Source: an uncultured Rhizobiaceae bacterium (GTDB lineage: Bacteria > Pseudomonadota > Alphaproteobacteria > UBA828). From it: a DNA stretch of 64,000 nucleotides. The stretch lies in contig CAZUXZ010000135.1 in NCBI GenBank assembly GCA_964624055.1, forward strand, positions 1,365 through 65,364, written 5' to 3'. The notes below the pieces were generated by a model that did no database searches, had not been told where the DNA came from, and worked only from the letters and a program-made list of their open reading frames with translations. The position numbers and the translations under genes are program-made. Below are positions 49,884 to 59,825 of the stretch, one piece after another (position 1 is the first letter of the stretch; every line of letters starts with the position of its first letter).

Positions 49884-50537
49884 ATGCCCCATCCTCTCGA
49901 AGTCTTTTACTCCTTCCGCAGCCCATATTGTTATCTTCTAACTGGCCGCTTGACCGTCTTGTCGACGCGCTTCGATATCAAGGTAAACATTCGACCGGTC
50001 TATCCCATCGCCGTGCGCAATGCCGATTTCTTCAAGCGCGTTGATCCACTCTACAGACCCTATCATTTGAGAGATTCGACCCGTCTCGCGGAGCAGTTGA
50101 ATATTCCCTACCGACGGCCAGTGCCAGACCCTGTCGTGCAAGATTTGGTGACAGGCGCGATCGCACCGGAGCAACCTTATATTCGGCATATTACACGGAT
50201 GGCGCAGGCCGCCGCCAACCTAGGAGAAGCACTCGCCTACAGCGCAGCGGTAATGACACTTCTATGGGACGGTGCCACGGATAACTGGCATGAGGGAGAT
50301 AAAATTGCCAAAGCGTGCCAGGAAGCCGGGGTGGATTTTATCAGACTAGACCGCCGTGCCCAAGACGAAGCAGACACGCTCGACGCAAAAATTGAAGTAA
50401 ATCAAGATGCTCAGCGCGCCGCCGGTCACTGGGGCGTCCCCCTTATGGTCTTCGACGGCGAACCGTTCTACGGTCAGGACCGTTTCGACATGCTGTGCTG
50501 GCGATTAGCCCAACAAGGATTAGTGAAACCTAGTTAA
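49884..50537 (+). CDS. 2-hydroxychromene-2-carboxylate isomerase / DsbA-like family protein (second paralog)
   Basis: From the internal start MPHPLEVFYSFRSPYCYL onward (218 aa), same family as 1611..2267. The upstream 111-aa ORF-track extension has no support. Confidence 0.65.
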   Translation: MPHPLEVFYSFRSPYCYLLTGRLTVLSTRFDIKVNIRPVYPIAVRNADFFKRVDPLYRPYHLRDSTRLAEQLNIPYRRPVPDPVVQDLVTGAIAPEQPYIRHITRMAQAAANLGEALAYSAAVMTLLWDGATDNWHEGDKIAKACQEAGVDFIRLDRRAQDEADTLDAKIEVNQDAQRAAGHWGVPLMVFDGEPFYGQDRFDMLCWRLAQQGLVKPS

Positions 50538-51007
50538 GAGATTTGCAATGCAAATCGGGGAAAAATCAAAACACCGGGCACAAGCTGCCTATAGTCCCAA
50601 TGCCGACCGGAAATTACATCGGCGCCGTAACCTATGGCAGATTAGTTTATCTTGCCAACCACGGACCGGAGAACGAGGAAGACAATTACGTCACAGGCAA
50701 AGTGCCAACGGACGTGTAGCTATAAGAATCTATGAGGCTAGCGCTTTGTCGCGCTCAATGTGCTTGCGGTCCTGAAAATCGAAATCTACGATTTGAATCG
50801 GGTGCATCGCTTCGTTAAGTTTTTCGGCATGGTCAACGCGCAACCTGATTTTGTCGGCTAGCCAAAAGTCATCAATGTATTCAGCGACTTCATGGCCGAA
50901 CTGTTCGGCGATCCGGGGCGCCGTGCGCGTTCGACAATGAACTTAAGTTCGCTAACACTTCTGATTTCACTGGAAATCGAGGCAATCCTCGTACTCTAAT
51001 AAACCGA

Positions 51008-52192
51008 TCAGATGTTTGTATCGAGTGACGGCAAACCAACAAGCACACGACCGTAATTCGACCCATTTATATCCCAGTTCTGGGTTATATGCGCCTGGGC
51101 GCATTTGGTGTCCCGATAGGCACGCGATAGAGGGTGTGAATCATAAAGTGCCGCCCCTCCAGCAAGCGAAAACATGATATCAACGGCGCGGGCCGCCAGA
51201 TTGCCGGCAAAAGTGGCGTCACCACGCATGCGGCTTTTGTCGATGACATCCATGATCTCGCCCCGCACGGCGACCTCCATCGCCTCGTCGGCGCAAGCAT
51301 ACAGAACAAGCTCTGCCGTATCGAGAGCCGCTGCGGCCTCACCGATCTTGATCTGAGTGGTGCCGTAGTCGATCACCCGTTGACCGGACGAACGACCCGT
51401 TCGCTGGCGGGTATGCCCAAGAAAACGATCAAAGGTTCCCTTTGCATGTCCATAAGCCGTCGCAGATTGCACGATAGAAAACATGGCGAAGGTACCAAGA
51501 CGATAGAGTGGGCCAGAGTTAACTTGGGTGCCCGGCGATTGTCCAAATTTCGATTGATCCACGGTCATAGTGTGGTCGGTAGAGACAAAAAAATCTTCCA
51601 CCGATACATCGTTGCTCCCAGTGCCACACAGTCCCATCGTGCGCCAAGTGTCATGAACGGTAATCTGCTCGCACGGGATGGCAAACATGAGAGATTCACG
51701 GCTCTCGCTTGTCTCAAAACCGGAAAGGATACACCAGTCGGCAGCCGTCACCCCACTGGCGAAGGGCCAACGCCCAGTGAGCCGCCAACCACCATCCACG
51801 GGTACTGCCTTGCCGCAACCTGGAATCAACACGCCGCACACGAGAGCTTCCGGTTTTTCGCCCCAGATGGCTTCCTGAGTTTCAGGCGGAAACTGAGCAA
51901 CCATAAAGTTGTGAATCGTGTATTGCGCTAAAACCCAGCCAGTCGATGCGCAGGCGCCGGCAATTGTGCTCACCATATCAATGAGACCGCCAAAAGGTGC
52001 TTCCGCACCGCCATAGACTGACGGCTGCAGAACCCGATTGAGACCAGCCGCGCGCAACTCATCAACAGTGGCTTGCGGAACTTGGCGTAATTTTTCGGTT
52101 TCGTCGGCCCGAGCATGAATCGCTGGAGCCAAATCCCGCGCCCGTGCCAACAGCTCCTCACGAGTTCCCACGCTGGTGGTTCTTTTTGTCAT
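51008..52192 (-). CDS. Acyl-CoA dehydrogenase-fold flavoprotein (possibly a group-D flavin monooxygenase, SfnB/DszC-like)
   Basis: 394 aa. ACAD N/M/C architecture (GWRLTGRWPFASG, FAGNLAARA). No clear CoA-binding signature, hence the monooxygenase possibility. Confidence 0.7.
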   Translation of the reverse strand: MTKRTTSVGTREELLARARDLAPAIHARADETEKLRQVPQATVDELRAAGLNRVLQPSVYGGAEAPFGGLIDMVSTIAGACASTGWVLAQYTIHNFMVAQFPPETQEAIWGEKPEALVCGVLIPGCGKAVPVDGGWRLTGRWPFASGVTAADWCILSGFETSESRESLMFAIPCEQITVHDTWRTMGLCGTGSNDVSVEDFFVSTDHTMTVDQSKFGQSPGTQVNSGPLYRLGTFAMFSIVQSATAYGHAKGTFDRFLGHTRQRTGRSSGQRVIDYGTTQIKIGEAAAALDTAELVLYACADEAMEVAVRGEIMDVIDKSRMRGDATFAGNLAARAVDIMFSLAGGAALYDSHPLSRAYRDTKCAQAHITQNWDINGSNYGRVLVGLPSLDTNI

Positions 52193-52763
52193 GGCATGAT
52201 GCTTTCGGTCCCAAAATTGAAAATTTCGCGAACAGCATAACTGATGGCGTTCGAAGTATCAGGTGTCGTTTTCAGCATTTTTATCTTGCGCGCGAAGCAC
52301 CACTTAGGCGTCACGGGAATTTGAGTAATACGCACGCCAGCCACATTGTTGATAGCGTTAACGATCGTCGGTATAGGGCTATTGGCCAACATTTCGTCAA
52401 CACTCGTAGCACCGAACGGGCCATCCCCGGGACGCGGTCACTAGTAGTTCGTCGAATACTCTCGGCATATCCACATCGCCTGGGTAGAAATCAAATCGCT
52501 CTCACCAATTTATTAGTCCATCGAACCCGACGGCCTGAGTAAAATACTGCGCGCAGAAATGGTCTTGCTCATTACGAAATGATCGTCGCCGAAGATTTCG
52601 GCGACAAAATAGCCTTCTCTTTAGCGCCGGCAACGTTAAGTCGGATTAATAAAGACCGGCAAGGTGTTTCAATTTAGTTCAGAATGTCGCATTAGCTATA
52701 CATTCAACATAGACTTGTTAACGACAAGGGGTGTGTTTCAGAGACATTACAATGGAGGGAGAT

Positions 52764-53669
52764 ATGAAGATCGGATTTATGCTTCCAATGTTCGGAGAGA
52801 TGGCAACAAGCCAAAATGTAGTAGAGATGGCGCGGCTAGCTGAAAATCGAGGTTTTGAGTCAATCTGGACTAATGACCACGTAATCATGCCAACCCGAAT
52901 TGATACTCCATACCCCTATAGCAAGTCTGGGAAATATATTGCAGACCCAAAGGGGAACCAACTAGAGGCCTACACAAGCCTAGCCTTTGTCGCTGGTTAT
53001 ACCGAGAAAGTGCGTCTCGGCTTTTCAATAACAGTCGCTCCATATAGGCATCCTTTGGTAACTGGGAAAATGATTGCATCGATGGATATTTTGTCGAACG
53101 GTAGAATAATAGTTGGTGTAGGGGCGGGCTGGCTCAACGAGGAGTTTGATGCCCTCGGAGTTCCATCTGGCAAAAAATGGGCCCGCACTGAAGAGCATAT
53201 TCGTGTTTGGAAGGAACTGTGGACGGCCGAAGAACCTAACTTTGAGGGTGAGTTCTATAGGTTTTCTAATGTGCAGAGCAGGCCTCAGCCGATGCAAAAA
53301 CCCCACCCACCGATTACCATAGGCGGAAACGGCAAAGCTTGCTTTAGGCGAATTGTCGAGCTAGCTGACGGTTGGCAGGTTGTAACTGAGGCGCCTAGCG
53401 ACGCGTATAGCATAGATGGCGATTTGGCCAAAGACCTAGCTACTTTGCATCAAATGTCTGAAGAATCAGGACGCGACCCCAAGACGATAGAAGTAACCGC
53501 AGTTGTAATTGCCGGAACCGCAGATAGCGTGATTAGGGATTTGCCGCACTACGAGCGAATAGGTGTGAGCCGACTTATCTTAGACTTCCCGGCATTTGAA
53601 TCTAATCCAGATAAGATGGTGACAACCCTGGACAAAATCGCTTCTGAAACGACTATGCAAGAGGTATAG
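52764..53669 (+). CDS. Luciferase-like monooxygenase (LLM) family flavin-dependent oxidoreductase
   Basis: MKIGFMLPMFGE..., GFESIWTNDHV, RIIVGVGAGW. Lower GC than neighbours and rare codons (AGA ATA ATA in GRIIVG, also CTA and AGG). Start placed at the internal MKIG. Confidence 0.75.
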   Translation: MKIGFMLPMFGEMATSQNVVEMARLAENRGFESIWTNDHVIMPTRIDTPYPYSKSGKYIADPKGNQLEAYTSLAFVAGYTEKVRLGFSITVAPYRHPLVTGKMIASMDILSNGRIIVGVGAGWLNEEFDALGVPSGKKWARTEEHIRVWKELWTAEEPNFEGEFYRFSNVQSRPQPMQKPHPPITIGGNGKACFRRIVELADGWQVVTEAPSDAYSIDGDLAKDLATLHQMSEESGRDPKTIEVTAVVIAGTADSVIRDLPHYERIGVSRLILDFPAFESNPDKMVTTLDKIASETTMQEV

Positions 53670-54209
53670 GGCTTCAATTTTGAGAAGCCGTTACAGATGG
53701 CGCAATATCCTGTGCATAAACAAAACAGTCATGGCATGCAACGATCAGACAGTAAGACGCATCTTGACCAAATTACCTTGGTGCTATTCGTTTGAAACGT
53801 GGTTATCGGACAACTACACAATTTTGTGAATATTACTGTTGATCGTCATGGCGAAAAACGCTCATACAACAGGCGTACGGATCCCGCGCCGGATGAACAT
53901 CCCTCGCCCCCGCCGCGGCTCGTTGAAGGGCTAATAACAAGCCCAGGTCCGCTGCCCCTAGTGCAGCTTGATGGAAGCCTGTGCAAAGGAATTTGCACCC
54001 AGTCAGGTCTATTGAGGCCGGAAAGTACTGATTGAGCAAAGGCGTAACCACTACGACATGCAACGGCAATACGTCCTTTCGCTGTGCAAGAGCTAAGGGC
54101 AATTGAAGCTGTTTAAATACCGAGCGTGCTGTGAATAAAAACAGCTCAGACTTTCCCCCTAAATTTGCAGCGTCGATTGGGGGTGAAAAACGTTACGGTG
54201 CACCCTTGC

Positions 54210-54243
54210 GCCACAAAAAGAAAAAACCGCCGTAGCGGGTTTC
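54210..54243 (-). terminator. Intrinsic terminator downstream of tRNA-Met
   Basis: Minus strand reads GAAACCCGCTACGGCGGTTTTTTCTTTTTG: a GC stem with a one-nt bulge followed by a T-run. Confidence 0.5.
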
Positions 54244-54272
54244 TATTAAGCTATTGTTTTTATTTTATGAAT

Positions 54273-54348
54273 TGGTAGCGGGAGGCGGACTCGAACCGCC
54301 GACTCATGGATTATGATTCCACTGCTCTACCAACTGAGCTACCCCGCC
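54273..54348 (-). tRNA. tRNA-Met (anticodon CAT; elongator type, or tRNA-Ile2/lysidine type)
   Basis: Reverse complement GGCGGGG-TA-GCTCAGTTGGTAGAGC-A-GTGGA-ATCATAA-TCCAT-GAGTC-GGCGG-TTCGAGT-CCGCC-TCCCGCT-A-CCA. Anticodon CAT. No initiator features (no 1:72 mismatch, no three G-C pairs in the anticodon stem). Confidence 0.85.
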
Positions 54349-54803
54349 CCGAGAGTCAAGGCGTCCGCTATACGTCCGTGCTGCGCGATGTGTCAAGCGT
54401 CGCGGCGCAGCTATGAAATTTGTGATTTTTCCTAAAGTGATATGAAGAATGCGAGACCGACCTCAACGAATAGTAATGTCCTCGCACCCTTATCATCACC
54501 CCAGGGGAAATAATCTTGTCAATCCGCTCAAGAGACTGGCCTACTAGCCGAGAACGTGTCCGCCGGTCTTACCAGCACCGGCTGATTCTACAAAATCCAA
54601 ATAATCCTACCATCTTGTCCCTTCGATAGGCCCGCTGCCAGCGTCTGGATCCTTGGCTTTGATCCGCATTGTCACCAATAGTTTGCCAATGTCGTGGAGC
54701 CGGGTCATTGAGTTATCGTGGGCCCAGCAACAAACGATTGCCTGTTTTCTAATGATAGCATTGTGATTGGTATCAAAGAATATCCGAAGAAAGTTAGATT
54801 CCC

Positions 54804-55952
54804 TTAAGCGGCAGCTGACTTTAGGTCGGCACTTCGGTCCATTCCAGCGATCCAGGCACCACCGAGCAACCTGCTACCACGATAAAATACGGCGGCTTGT
54901 CCGCTAGCCGTCGCCTCCTCCGGTTGGGAAAGCTGAAGTTCAGACTTGCCGGTACCGTTAACAGTAAGGCGAGCTAGAGTGCCTGGGTGAGTAGACCGCA
55001 GTCGCACCGTGAGCTCTTCGTCATAGGGAATTGCTGCATCCGCGACGAGAAAATGCGGCGGATGCAAGATTACGCGATCGCGCATCAATTGGGTCTTCGG
55101 GCCAACCGTTACCCGGCGACTAGACGGATCCACGTCGATCACATAAAGAGGCTCCGAGGCAGCAATCCCGAGACCCCGGCGCTGGCCGATGGTAAAATGA
55201 ATTATACCCGCATGTTCGCCCAGAATTTCACCGGCAAGATTGACGATTTCGCCAGACTCCGCAGCGCCGGGACGAAGCTTCTCTATTACAGTCGCGTAAT
55301 TGCCCTCCGGAACGAAGCAAATATCCTGGCTGTCCGGCTTTCTTGCCACACCCAACCCAAGTCGTCCGGCATGATGTCGAACTTCCGCCTTTCCAATACC
55401 GCCTAGAGGAAATCGCAAAAAGGCTAATTGCTCGTCGGTGGTAGTAAAAAGGAAATAGCTCTGATCGCGATCTTTATCGTGGGCCTGATGTAGCTCCGGC
55501 CCCAGGTTGCCAACGATGCGCCGTACGTAATGTCCGGTCGCCAGGGCGTCGGCGCCAAGATCTCGAGCAGCGGCCAGTAGGTCGCGGAATTTTACAGTTT
55601 GATTACACATGATGCAGGGAATTGGTGTTTCACCACGTAAGTAAGAATCGGCAAACTCAACCATGACATCCTGGCGGAATCGGTCTTGATAGTTCAAAAC
55701 GTAGTGAGCAATACCAAGGTGGGACGCGACACGGCGGGCATCGTGAATGTCCTGTCCTGCGCAGCATGTTCCCCTCCGCCCCCGTGCTTCACCGTCGTCG
55801 TAAAGTTGCAGGGTGATCCCCACCACATCGTAGCCCGCCTCCGCATAGAGCGCCGCCGTAACGGAGGAATCGACCCCGCCCGACATGGCAACGACGATCC
55901 GCGTCGATGCGCGCGGCTTTTTTATTCCGGTGTCAATGGATGGTATGAACAT
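54804..55952 (-). CDS. mnmA: tRNA-specific 2-thiouridylase MnmA
   Basis: PP-loop VAMSGGVDSS, catalytic Cys region PIPCIMCN, 382 aa. Confidence 0.85.
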   Translation of the reverse strand: MFIPSIDTGIKKPRASTRIVVAMSGGVDSSVTAALYAEAGYDVVGITLQLYDDGEARGRRGTCCAGQDIHDARRVASHLGIAHYVLNYQDRFRQDVMVEFADSYLRGETPIPCIMCNQTVKFRDLLAAARDLGADALATGHYVRRIVGNLGPELHQAHDKDRDQSYFLFTTTDEQLAFLRFPLGGIGKAEVRHHAGRLGLGVARKPDSQDICFVPEGNYATVIEKLRPGAAESGEIVNLAGEILGEHAGIIHFTIGQRRGLGIAASEPLYVIDVDPSSRRVTVGPKTQLMRDRVILHPPHFLVADAAIPYDEELTVRLRSTHPGTLARLTVNGTGKSELQLSQPEEATASGQAAVFYRGSRLLGGAWIAGMDRSADLKSAAA

Positions 55953-56016
55953 GCAGGGAATATAGGCCCATATGCAAGCCGTGCAAGCGCATCAACATTC
56001 ATTAACCGGCAGTGGG

Positions 56017-56709
56017 CTAACCCCTTGCCGCGAGTCCCATGTCCCAGAACGCCGCTTCCAAGCGCGTGGCTTCACCAAAAATGGCTACGAGCGTATCCAT
56101 GCGTGCTTCCGCCCCTCGTGCCCGCCCCACCTTATCGAGAGAGAGAACGGCTTCCGCCGCGGTCGCCTGATAGGCCTCACCACCATACATTTCGATCCAG
56201 GCGCCATATGGGTTATTGTCTAATTTGGTGGCACTGTCAGCCATGAGACGCGCGCCGATAACGCCATAACCGACGACACAAGGCGCCAGAGCGACGTAGA
56301 GATCAAGCAAGTCGCCCGACATACCGCGTTCCAGAACATAACGAGTATAGGCCAGCGTCGCACAGTCCTCCTGCGCCGTTTCCAGAGCGGCGGCATCCAC
56401 GCCCCATTCTGAGCAAAAACTCACATGCAGATCGAGCTCAATATCAATGATCGCGTGCAGCCCACGCGAGGCGTCGCGTAATTCCTCTAGGCTCTCGGCC
56501 TTATATGCGGCAAGACCATACGCCCTAGCGAAATGGCGAAGGAAAATGTAATCCTGAATCAAATAGTAACGAAATGCTTCCTCGGCCAGTTCTCCTGCCG
56601 CCAACGCAACGAGAAAGGGGTGTTCGGTGTAGATGCACCAGTCTTCATCATTTGCGTTTCGCAAACGGTTGAATAATCCCTTTTCGTCGCTTGCTTGTGC
56701 CTGGCCCAC
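56017..56709 (-). CDS. TenA/PqqC-family protein (thiaminase II / heme-oxygenase-like fold)
   Basis: 230 aa. HPFLVALAAGEL, YYLIQDYIFLRHFARAY and CVVGYGVIG are typical of the TenA family. Confidence 0.65.
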   Translation of the reverse strand: MGQAQASDEKGLFNRLRNANDEDWCIYTEHPFLVALAAGELAEEAFRYYLIQDYIFLRHFARAYGLAAYKAESLEELRDASRGLHAIIDIELDLHVSFCSEWGVDAAALETAQEDCATLAYTRYVLERGMSGDLLDLYVALAPCVVGYGVIGARLMADSATKLDNNPYGAWIEMYGGEAYQATAAEAVLSLDKVGRARGAEARMDTLVAIFGEATRLEAAFWDMGLAARG

Positions 56710-56711
56710 AT

Positions 56712-57059
56712 TCAGTCGCGCAGCATGTTCCGCGTCGCTTTGGGAAGCGAAACTTCAAGCCCGTCCAATTCTTCCGTTACGACGATTTGACAGCCGAGAC
56801 GAGACGTTCTCGTCAGCCCGAAGGCCAAATCTAGCATATCCTCTTCGTCTTCGCTGGCTTCCTCCAATTTTCGGTACCATGTTTTGTCAACGATGACGTG
56901 GCAGGTGGAGCAGGCCATCGCCCCCTCGCAAGCCCCTTCAATGGCGATATTATTGTCATGGGCGATATCGAGGACCGAATCCCCAAGCGGGGCATTTACG
57001 ACGCGTCGTGTCCCGTCAGTGGCGATGAAGGTCATCTGCGGCATACACCGTCTCTCCAT
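56712..57059 (-). CDS. [2Fe-2S] ferredoxin, adrenodoxin/ISC type
   Basis: [12 protein letters not shown]...C ligand pattern. Start probably at MTFIA or MPQMT. Confidence 0.8.
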   Translation of the reverse strand: MERRCMPQMTFIATDGTRRVVNAPLGDSVLDIAHDNNIAIEGACEGAMACSTCHVIVDKTWYRKLEEASEDEEDMLDLAFGLTRTSRLGCQIVVTEELDGLEVSLPKATRNMLRD

Positions 57060-57122
57060 ACAGTACTTTCTGTCAGCTCCTAGACACAGGCGCCTCTGTC
57101 CAAACGCATACGGCTGGGGGGA

Positions 57123-58358
57123 TCAACGCTCAACAGCAGCGTTTCTATCTGAAAGTTGTGAAACTCCACTGGTGTAACGCGGCTTCAATCCAGCATAGAA
57201 AGCACGCCAGGCGCCGACCAGTTTATCGACGTCTTTCTCGCGGCTCGCCCAACCAAAACTGACACGAATGGCGCATCCAGTTTCAGCATCAGAAATACCA
57301 TGGGCTCGCAGCACATGCGACGGCTCGACCCTCCCGGACGAGCAGGCCGATCCGGCGCGCACGGCAACTCCCGTCAAGTCCAGGCCCATGACCTGCATTT
57401 CGCTTTGTATGCCGGGCATGGTGAGGCAAGTGGTGTTGGGAAGTCGGTCTGCGCCAGCGCCAAATATTCTAATACCGGGCTCAATCTCGCAAAGGCTCTG
57501 TTCAGCCCTGTCACGCATTGCAGCTATTAACGGCGCCCGCTGGACATCATTTACCGCCAGTTGGGCCGCCATGCCAAAGCCTACAATGCCCGGAACATTC
57601 TCCGTCCCAGGCCGTCGGCTGCGTTCTTGTCCGCCACCCACAATTAGAGGATCGAGATCGATACCATCGCGTACAAATATAGCTCCGACTCCCTTGGGGC
57701 CGCCAAACTTATGCGCAGACAAGCTCAGCATATCCACGCCCAGAGAAGCGACATCAAAGGCGAGACGTCCAGGAGCTTGAACCGCATCACAGTGAACTAT
57801 TGCGTCGCGCGCCCTGGCGAGAGCGGCTATTTCCGAGATGGGCTGGATCACACCGGTCTCATTGTTTGCCAGCATGATCGATACCAGTGCATCCCCGGCT
57901 ACATCACCCAGCGCTTTTTCCAACGATTCAAGGGAAACGACGCCCTCGCTGTCCACTGGCAACACGGTTAGTTCGCGCGCATCATTGCGTTTTGAAGGGA
58001 CCGCCAGTGCTTCGGCCGCTAGCAGCACCGATGGGTGTTCGATGGCAGATGTTATTAGCCGTTTGCGGCCCAAGCCTGCTAGCGCAAGATTATTCGCCTC
58101 GGTCCCGCCGGCGGTAAATATCACTTCATCCGAACGGGCACCAATCATTACCGAAACGCAATCACGTGCCTGTTCCACCGCCTCACGTGCGGCGCGCCCT
58201 ATTTGATGTACGGAAGACGGGTTACCCGTAATCGCCAGTGCCTCGGCGATAGCTTTGATTACCTCTGGTTTAACAGGTGAAGTGGCATTGTAGTCGAGAT
58301 AAGTTGACACCAATTCGCTACTATTCATTCGGCCGCTGCGGCAGGTGCGGAACCACAA
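57123..58358 (-). CDS. Cysteine desulfurase (IscS/NifS-like, class V aminotransferase group I)
   Basis: LDYNATSPV, SAHKFGGPKGVGAIFV (PLP Lys), SACSSGRVEPSHVL active-site Cys loop. Likely start at MNSSEL. Confidence 0.8.
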   Translation of the reverse strand: MWFRTCRSGRMNSSELVSTYLDYNATSPVKPEVIKAIAEALAITGNPSSVHQIGRAAREAVEQARDCVSVMIGARSDEVIFTAGGTEANNLALAGLGRKRLITSAIEHPSVLLAAEALAVPSKRNDARELTVLPVDSEGVVSLESLEKALGDVAGDALVSIMLANNETGVIQPISEIAALARARDAIVHCDAVQAPGRLAFDVASLGVDMLSLSAHKFGGPKGVGAIFVRDGIDLDPLIVGGGQERSRRPGTENVPGIVGFGMAAQLAVNDVQRAPLIAAMRDRAEQSLCEIEPGIRIFGAGADRLPNTTCLTMPGIQSEMQVMGLDLTGVAVRAGSACSSGRVEPSHVLRAHGISDAETGCAIRVSFGWASREKDVDKLVGAWRAFYAGLKPRYTSGVSQLSDRNAAVER

Positions 58359-58876
58359 TTGTCCCGCTTTGCAGCATGTAGCACGCCGCTTGCCCCGAGG
58401 ACTCGTCCAGCGCAGACATCTTCAAGAGAAACAGTATTGAGGAACAAGTAAATATGGTTACTGAGTTCTTCCCAAAGATCGTGAGTCACGCAGCGTCGGC
58501 CATCCGGCATGCACCCCGCGCTATTCATCTGGTCGCATCGCGTAGCGCGAAGCGGTTCGTCCACCGCCATGACGATATCCGAAATGCGCAATTGGTCGGC
58601 AGTGCGTGCCAACATATACCCCCCGCCCGGCCCGCGAACACTTTTGACCAAACCATTTTTGCGCAGCTTGCTAAACAATTGCTCCAAATACGATAACGAA
58701 ATCTCCTGGCGCACGGCAATATCAGAGAGCGTCACTGGCCTGTTCTTGCTGTTCATTACGTTACAGTTGGCGAGATCCACCATCGCCATGACCGCGTACC
58801 GGCCTTTGGTGCCAAGCTTCATGAAAATTACCCTTTCCTCTCGGCCATCGCCGGCAAAACTACCAGGGGTTAGCAA
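58325..58876 (-). CDS. Rrf2-family regulator (IscR-like)
   Basis: [19 protein letters not shown]-terminus from ~58820. Cys cluster [16 protein letters not shown]. The ORF-track N-terminal extension is rejected. Confidence 0.8.
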   Translation of the reverse strand: MLTPGSFAGDGREERVIFMKLGTKGRYAVMAMVDLANCNVMNSKNRPVTLSDIAVRQEISLSYLEQLFSKLRKNGLVKSVRGPGGGYMLARTADQLRISDIVMAVDEPLRATRCDQMNSAGCMPDGRRCVTHDLWEELSNHIYLFLNTVSLEDVCAGRVLGASGVLHAAKRDNCGSAPAAAAE

Positions 58877-59607
58877 TTGGGCGGACTACCTTCGCCCTTT
58901 ACATCTTCCGCCTCTTTGCCGGTAACATGTTGAACAGATTCGTCTGACTGTACATTTTCCAATTGTTCGATTCGAGTCCTCAAGCGGGTGAGTTCCTCTA
59001 GCAGCCCTTCGATCGAACGCGACATCGGGTCGGCGACATTCGGTGACGGTGTGCCGTACGCAGCAAACCCTCTTTGTTCACTTGTTGCCTGTTCGCTACG
59101 CGCAGCCGGGCGGGCCGCAATGCCAACCATGGTTGCGCCACGCGGAACATCCTTCAAAACAACGGCATTGGCTCCAACCCGAGCACCCTCTCCGACCGTG
59201 ATCGGGCCCAATACCTGGGCACCTGCTCCAACTACAACATCATCTGCAAGGGTCGGATGGCGCTTTCCTGGCGCCCAGGTCACTCCGCCCAGGGTGACGC
59301 CATGATATAGGGTTACGTTATCGCCAATTATTGCGGTTTCCCCGATTACGACCCCCATCCCATGATCGATAAAAAACCGACGGCCAATCGTCGCCCCCGG
59401 GTGAATCTCAATTCCGGTAAATACCCGTCCCAAATGAGATATAAAACGACCAAGAAGATGCGCGCGTTTCCCCCATAGCCAATTCGCCACGCGGTAAAAC
59501 AGCAGGGCGTGGAATCCCGGATAACAGAAAAAGATTTCCGCGCGTGAACGGACCGCGGGGTCGCGGTCGAAAACACTATCCATATCTTCCTTAATACGCT
59601 TGAACAT
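58870..59607 (-). CDS. cysE: Serine O-acetyltransferase
   Basis: N-terminal SAT helical domain ([22 protein letters not shown]). Left-handed beta-helix hexapeptide repeats ([35 protein letters not shown]). Confidence 0.85.
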   Translation of the reverse strand: MFKRIKEDMDSVFDRDPAVRSRAEIFFCYPGFHALLFYRVANWLWGKRAHLLGRFISHLGRVFTGIEIHPGATIGRRFFIDHGMGVVIGETAIIGDNVTLYHGVTLGGVTWAPGKRHPTLADDVVVGAGAQVLGPITVGEGARVGANAVVLKDVPRGATMVGIAARPAARSEQATSEQRGFAAYGTPSPNVADPMSRSIEGLLEELTRLRTRIEQLENVQSDESVQHVTGKEAEDVKGEGSPPNC

Positions 59608-59825
59608 AACTATGCCCGTCGTATATCAATGGCCGGGCCATAGACATTCACTCGGCGCTCACACCGCAAGTGCCCACTTCTTATAAGGACAAATGCGCAA
59701 CGATTCCTGGTTAAAGTACCTGACTCTTTTTGTCAAGATATATGGCAATACTTAAGGTAACATATGGGGCGATCCCACTGGATTGAATTGGATATGCTGA
59801 CAAGCACAATGAATGTTGGAATAAC

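Noticed and set aside
52480-52540. Possible attachment-site repeat of the tRNA-Met 3' end (tcgaaccc gacggc vs tcgaacc gccgac) upstream of the LLM islet
   Set aside because: Only a ~12-nt imperfect match, compatible with chance. No flanking integrase remnant was identified.
53670-54209. ORFs 53799..54035 (+) and 53833..54102 (-) between the LLM gene and tRNA-Met
   Set aside because: They overlap each other on opposite strands and show no motifs. The region is better described as non-coding or degraded sequence of a putative islet.
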